Origin: Dimorphilus gyrociliatus | Lineage: Eukaryota > Animalia > Annelida | DNA length: 64,000 nucleotides | Assembly: GCA_904063045.1 (NCBI GenBank) | Contig: CAJFCJ010000034.1 | Location: forward strand, 62,001-126,000 | Direction: 5' to 3' | In this document: in pieces, positions 62,733 to 64,000 of the stretch | Layout of the letters: every line of letters starts with the position of its first letter | How positions within the stretch are numbered: the stretch's first letter is position 1 | Made by a program: the position numbers and the translations under genes | The notes under the pieces: generated by a model | Databases searched by the model: none | The model's input: the letters and a program-made list of their open reading frames with translations, nothing else | What the model was told of the DNA's origin: nothing

Positions 62733-64000
62733 TTATAAGTTTATACAATTTTCATTTCGAAAGAAATAATATTTTCTAGAAAACTCGTCGGAATGAACTC
62801 TTAAAGGCAGATGGTTGCTTTCCCCAAAATGCCTCAAATACTCGGACATGAAGTATACAACTTTGTCGAGAGGTTGATTTTTACCAATAAATTCCATAGC
62901 GAGAACAAACGATCTAATGAATTTACTGCCGTAGTTATTTGCGGGTGATGGAGAGTCTGTAGGAAACAATGCATCAAATCATTTATTACAGGATGTTACT
63001 GCCGTTCGCTTGGCTTACCTTTAAGAGTACAAAGAACCGAGAAGATATCTCTGGCTGCGTGTGATACATATCTATTTGTGACGTTCCGTGGGCAGGCAAC
63101 GTGGTCATCGCAAGGGATGGGTTTGATTGCAACTCTTTGATCAACGAATGATTGATCCCTCTCGGAGTTTTCTACTTTTCGAAAAGTGTGTTATTATTTT
63201 GAAATAAAAGAAAAGATGAAAGAAATCTTACGTTGATTGTGAACTTGAAAGAAAAATAGCTTTGGTTTTCCCTGGAATTGGTGAAAGTCGCTGTCGACGT
63301 AATTTATAAATTCATTAAATTCGAACGTGGAATTGTTGCTTAGGAAAAACAAGTTGTTGTTTCCGTCGGCTAAAATAAAGAATATTAGAGATTGAACGTT
63401 CATCTCATTTTCATTCGACGTTGAAAGATTCGTTTTCAGTGATCGAATTTTCCTTTCACATTCGTCTCTGTCAATATTTCTCCACAGTACTATTTCATGT
63501 TTTAGGTTTGCGAAGATTATTTTCAGATTTATCCAGTCGTTTTCCGATCTTGCTCCGTTCCCATCGTCAATGATTATTACAACGACCTGGTTTCTTGATG
63601 TTGTATCGTAAATGTTCTGTCAGAAAGATGATGTTGCTGTTAGCTATGTTACGGTTAATTTCTATAAAATTAGCAAAAAGCCTACGCCATCGCTCAAGCC
63701 ACGTCTGATGTCATGCTGGCTAGTAATCTCGCAGTGTTGCATTGCTGAGGAAAGGAAGACATTTCTTTCTAAACAGAAAGAAAAGAAGAATTGTAAAAGG
63801 AATTGAAAACATTACTGAAGATCAATTTTTTTACCGAATTTGCAGAAAAATTTCTGAAAGTTTTCATCTAATTGCTGTTGCGTGAGATTTTCTGCAATTG
63901 CTTCTTTGTATGAGATGAATTCTTCAAACAGACCGTTGTAATTTCTAATATCTGGCTTTACTTGGAACTGAATGTCGGACTGCAAATTTTCCATTGACAT
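62733..64000 (-). CDS. 3' exons (pseudo-caspase) of a second NLR1-like or stand-alone gene; 5' part lies outside the window
   Basis: Inverted copy of 32993-34260 with identical ORF translations. Confidence 0.75.

Larger units (their letters stand above)
58697..64000 (-). repeat. Right arm of the inverted segmental duplication (truncated by the window end)
   Basis: Reverse complement of 32993-38357. Confidence 0.97.

Noticed and set aside
1-64000. tRNA, rRNA or other structured RNA genes
   Set aside because: None were recognised by eye. A tRNAscan-SE or Infernal run would be needed to exclude them.

Overview
AT-rich eukaryotic (metazoan) genomic DNA with mostly short (~50-70 bp) GT-AG introns, so the supplied ORFs are largely exon fragments. 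A compact-genome invertebrate is likely; a miniaturised annelid is a guess only. The window looks like a receptor/defence gene island. (1) Six giant GRL101-like (multi-LDLa LGR) receptor genes, G1-G6, with the inferred layout signal peptide - SRCR-like repeats - C-type lectin - several LDLa - LRR - 7TM. Each ends in a short, catalytically dead protein-kinase-like cytoplasmic tail. G1/G2 and G3/G4 are head-to-head pairs. Each paralog pair (G1/G3, G2/G4, G5/G6) shares a 0.7-1.5 kb near-identical block around the LRR region, reaching into the TM helices in G2/G4 and G5/G6. (2) A ~8.7 kb NLR gene that splices in frame from NACHT-LRR through a ZU5/UPA (FIIND-like) region with an F|S motif into a caspase fold lacking both catalytic residues. 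(3) A minimal single-exon NACHT-LRR gene. (4) A >=5.3 kb inverted duplication (32993-38357 vs 58697-64000) carrying the pseudo-caspase exons, a secreted prepro-peptide gene, a GPI-type Cys-rich gene and AS3MT. The GPI-type gene has 9 of 9 observed substitutions non-synonymous and a perfect NF-kB site upstream. (5) A divergent AS3MT paralog lacking the Cys206-equivalent, a GNAT acetyltransferase and a BEL/Pao retrotransposon relic. All gene models and domain calls were made by eye, with no database search.
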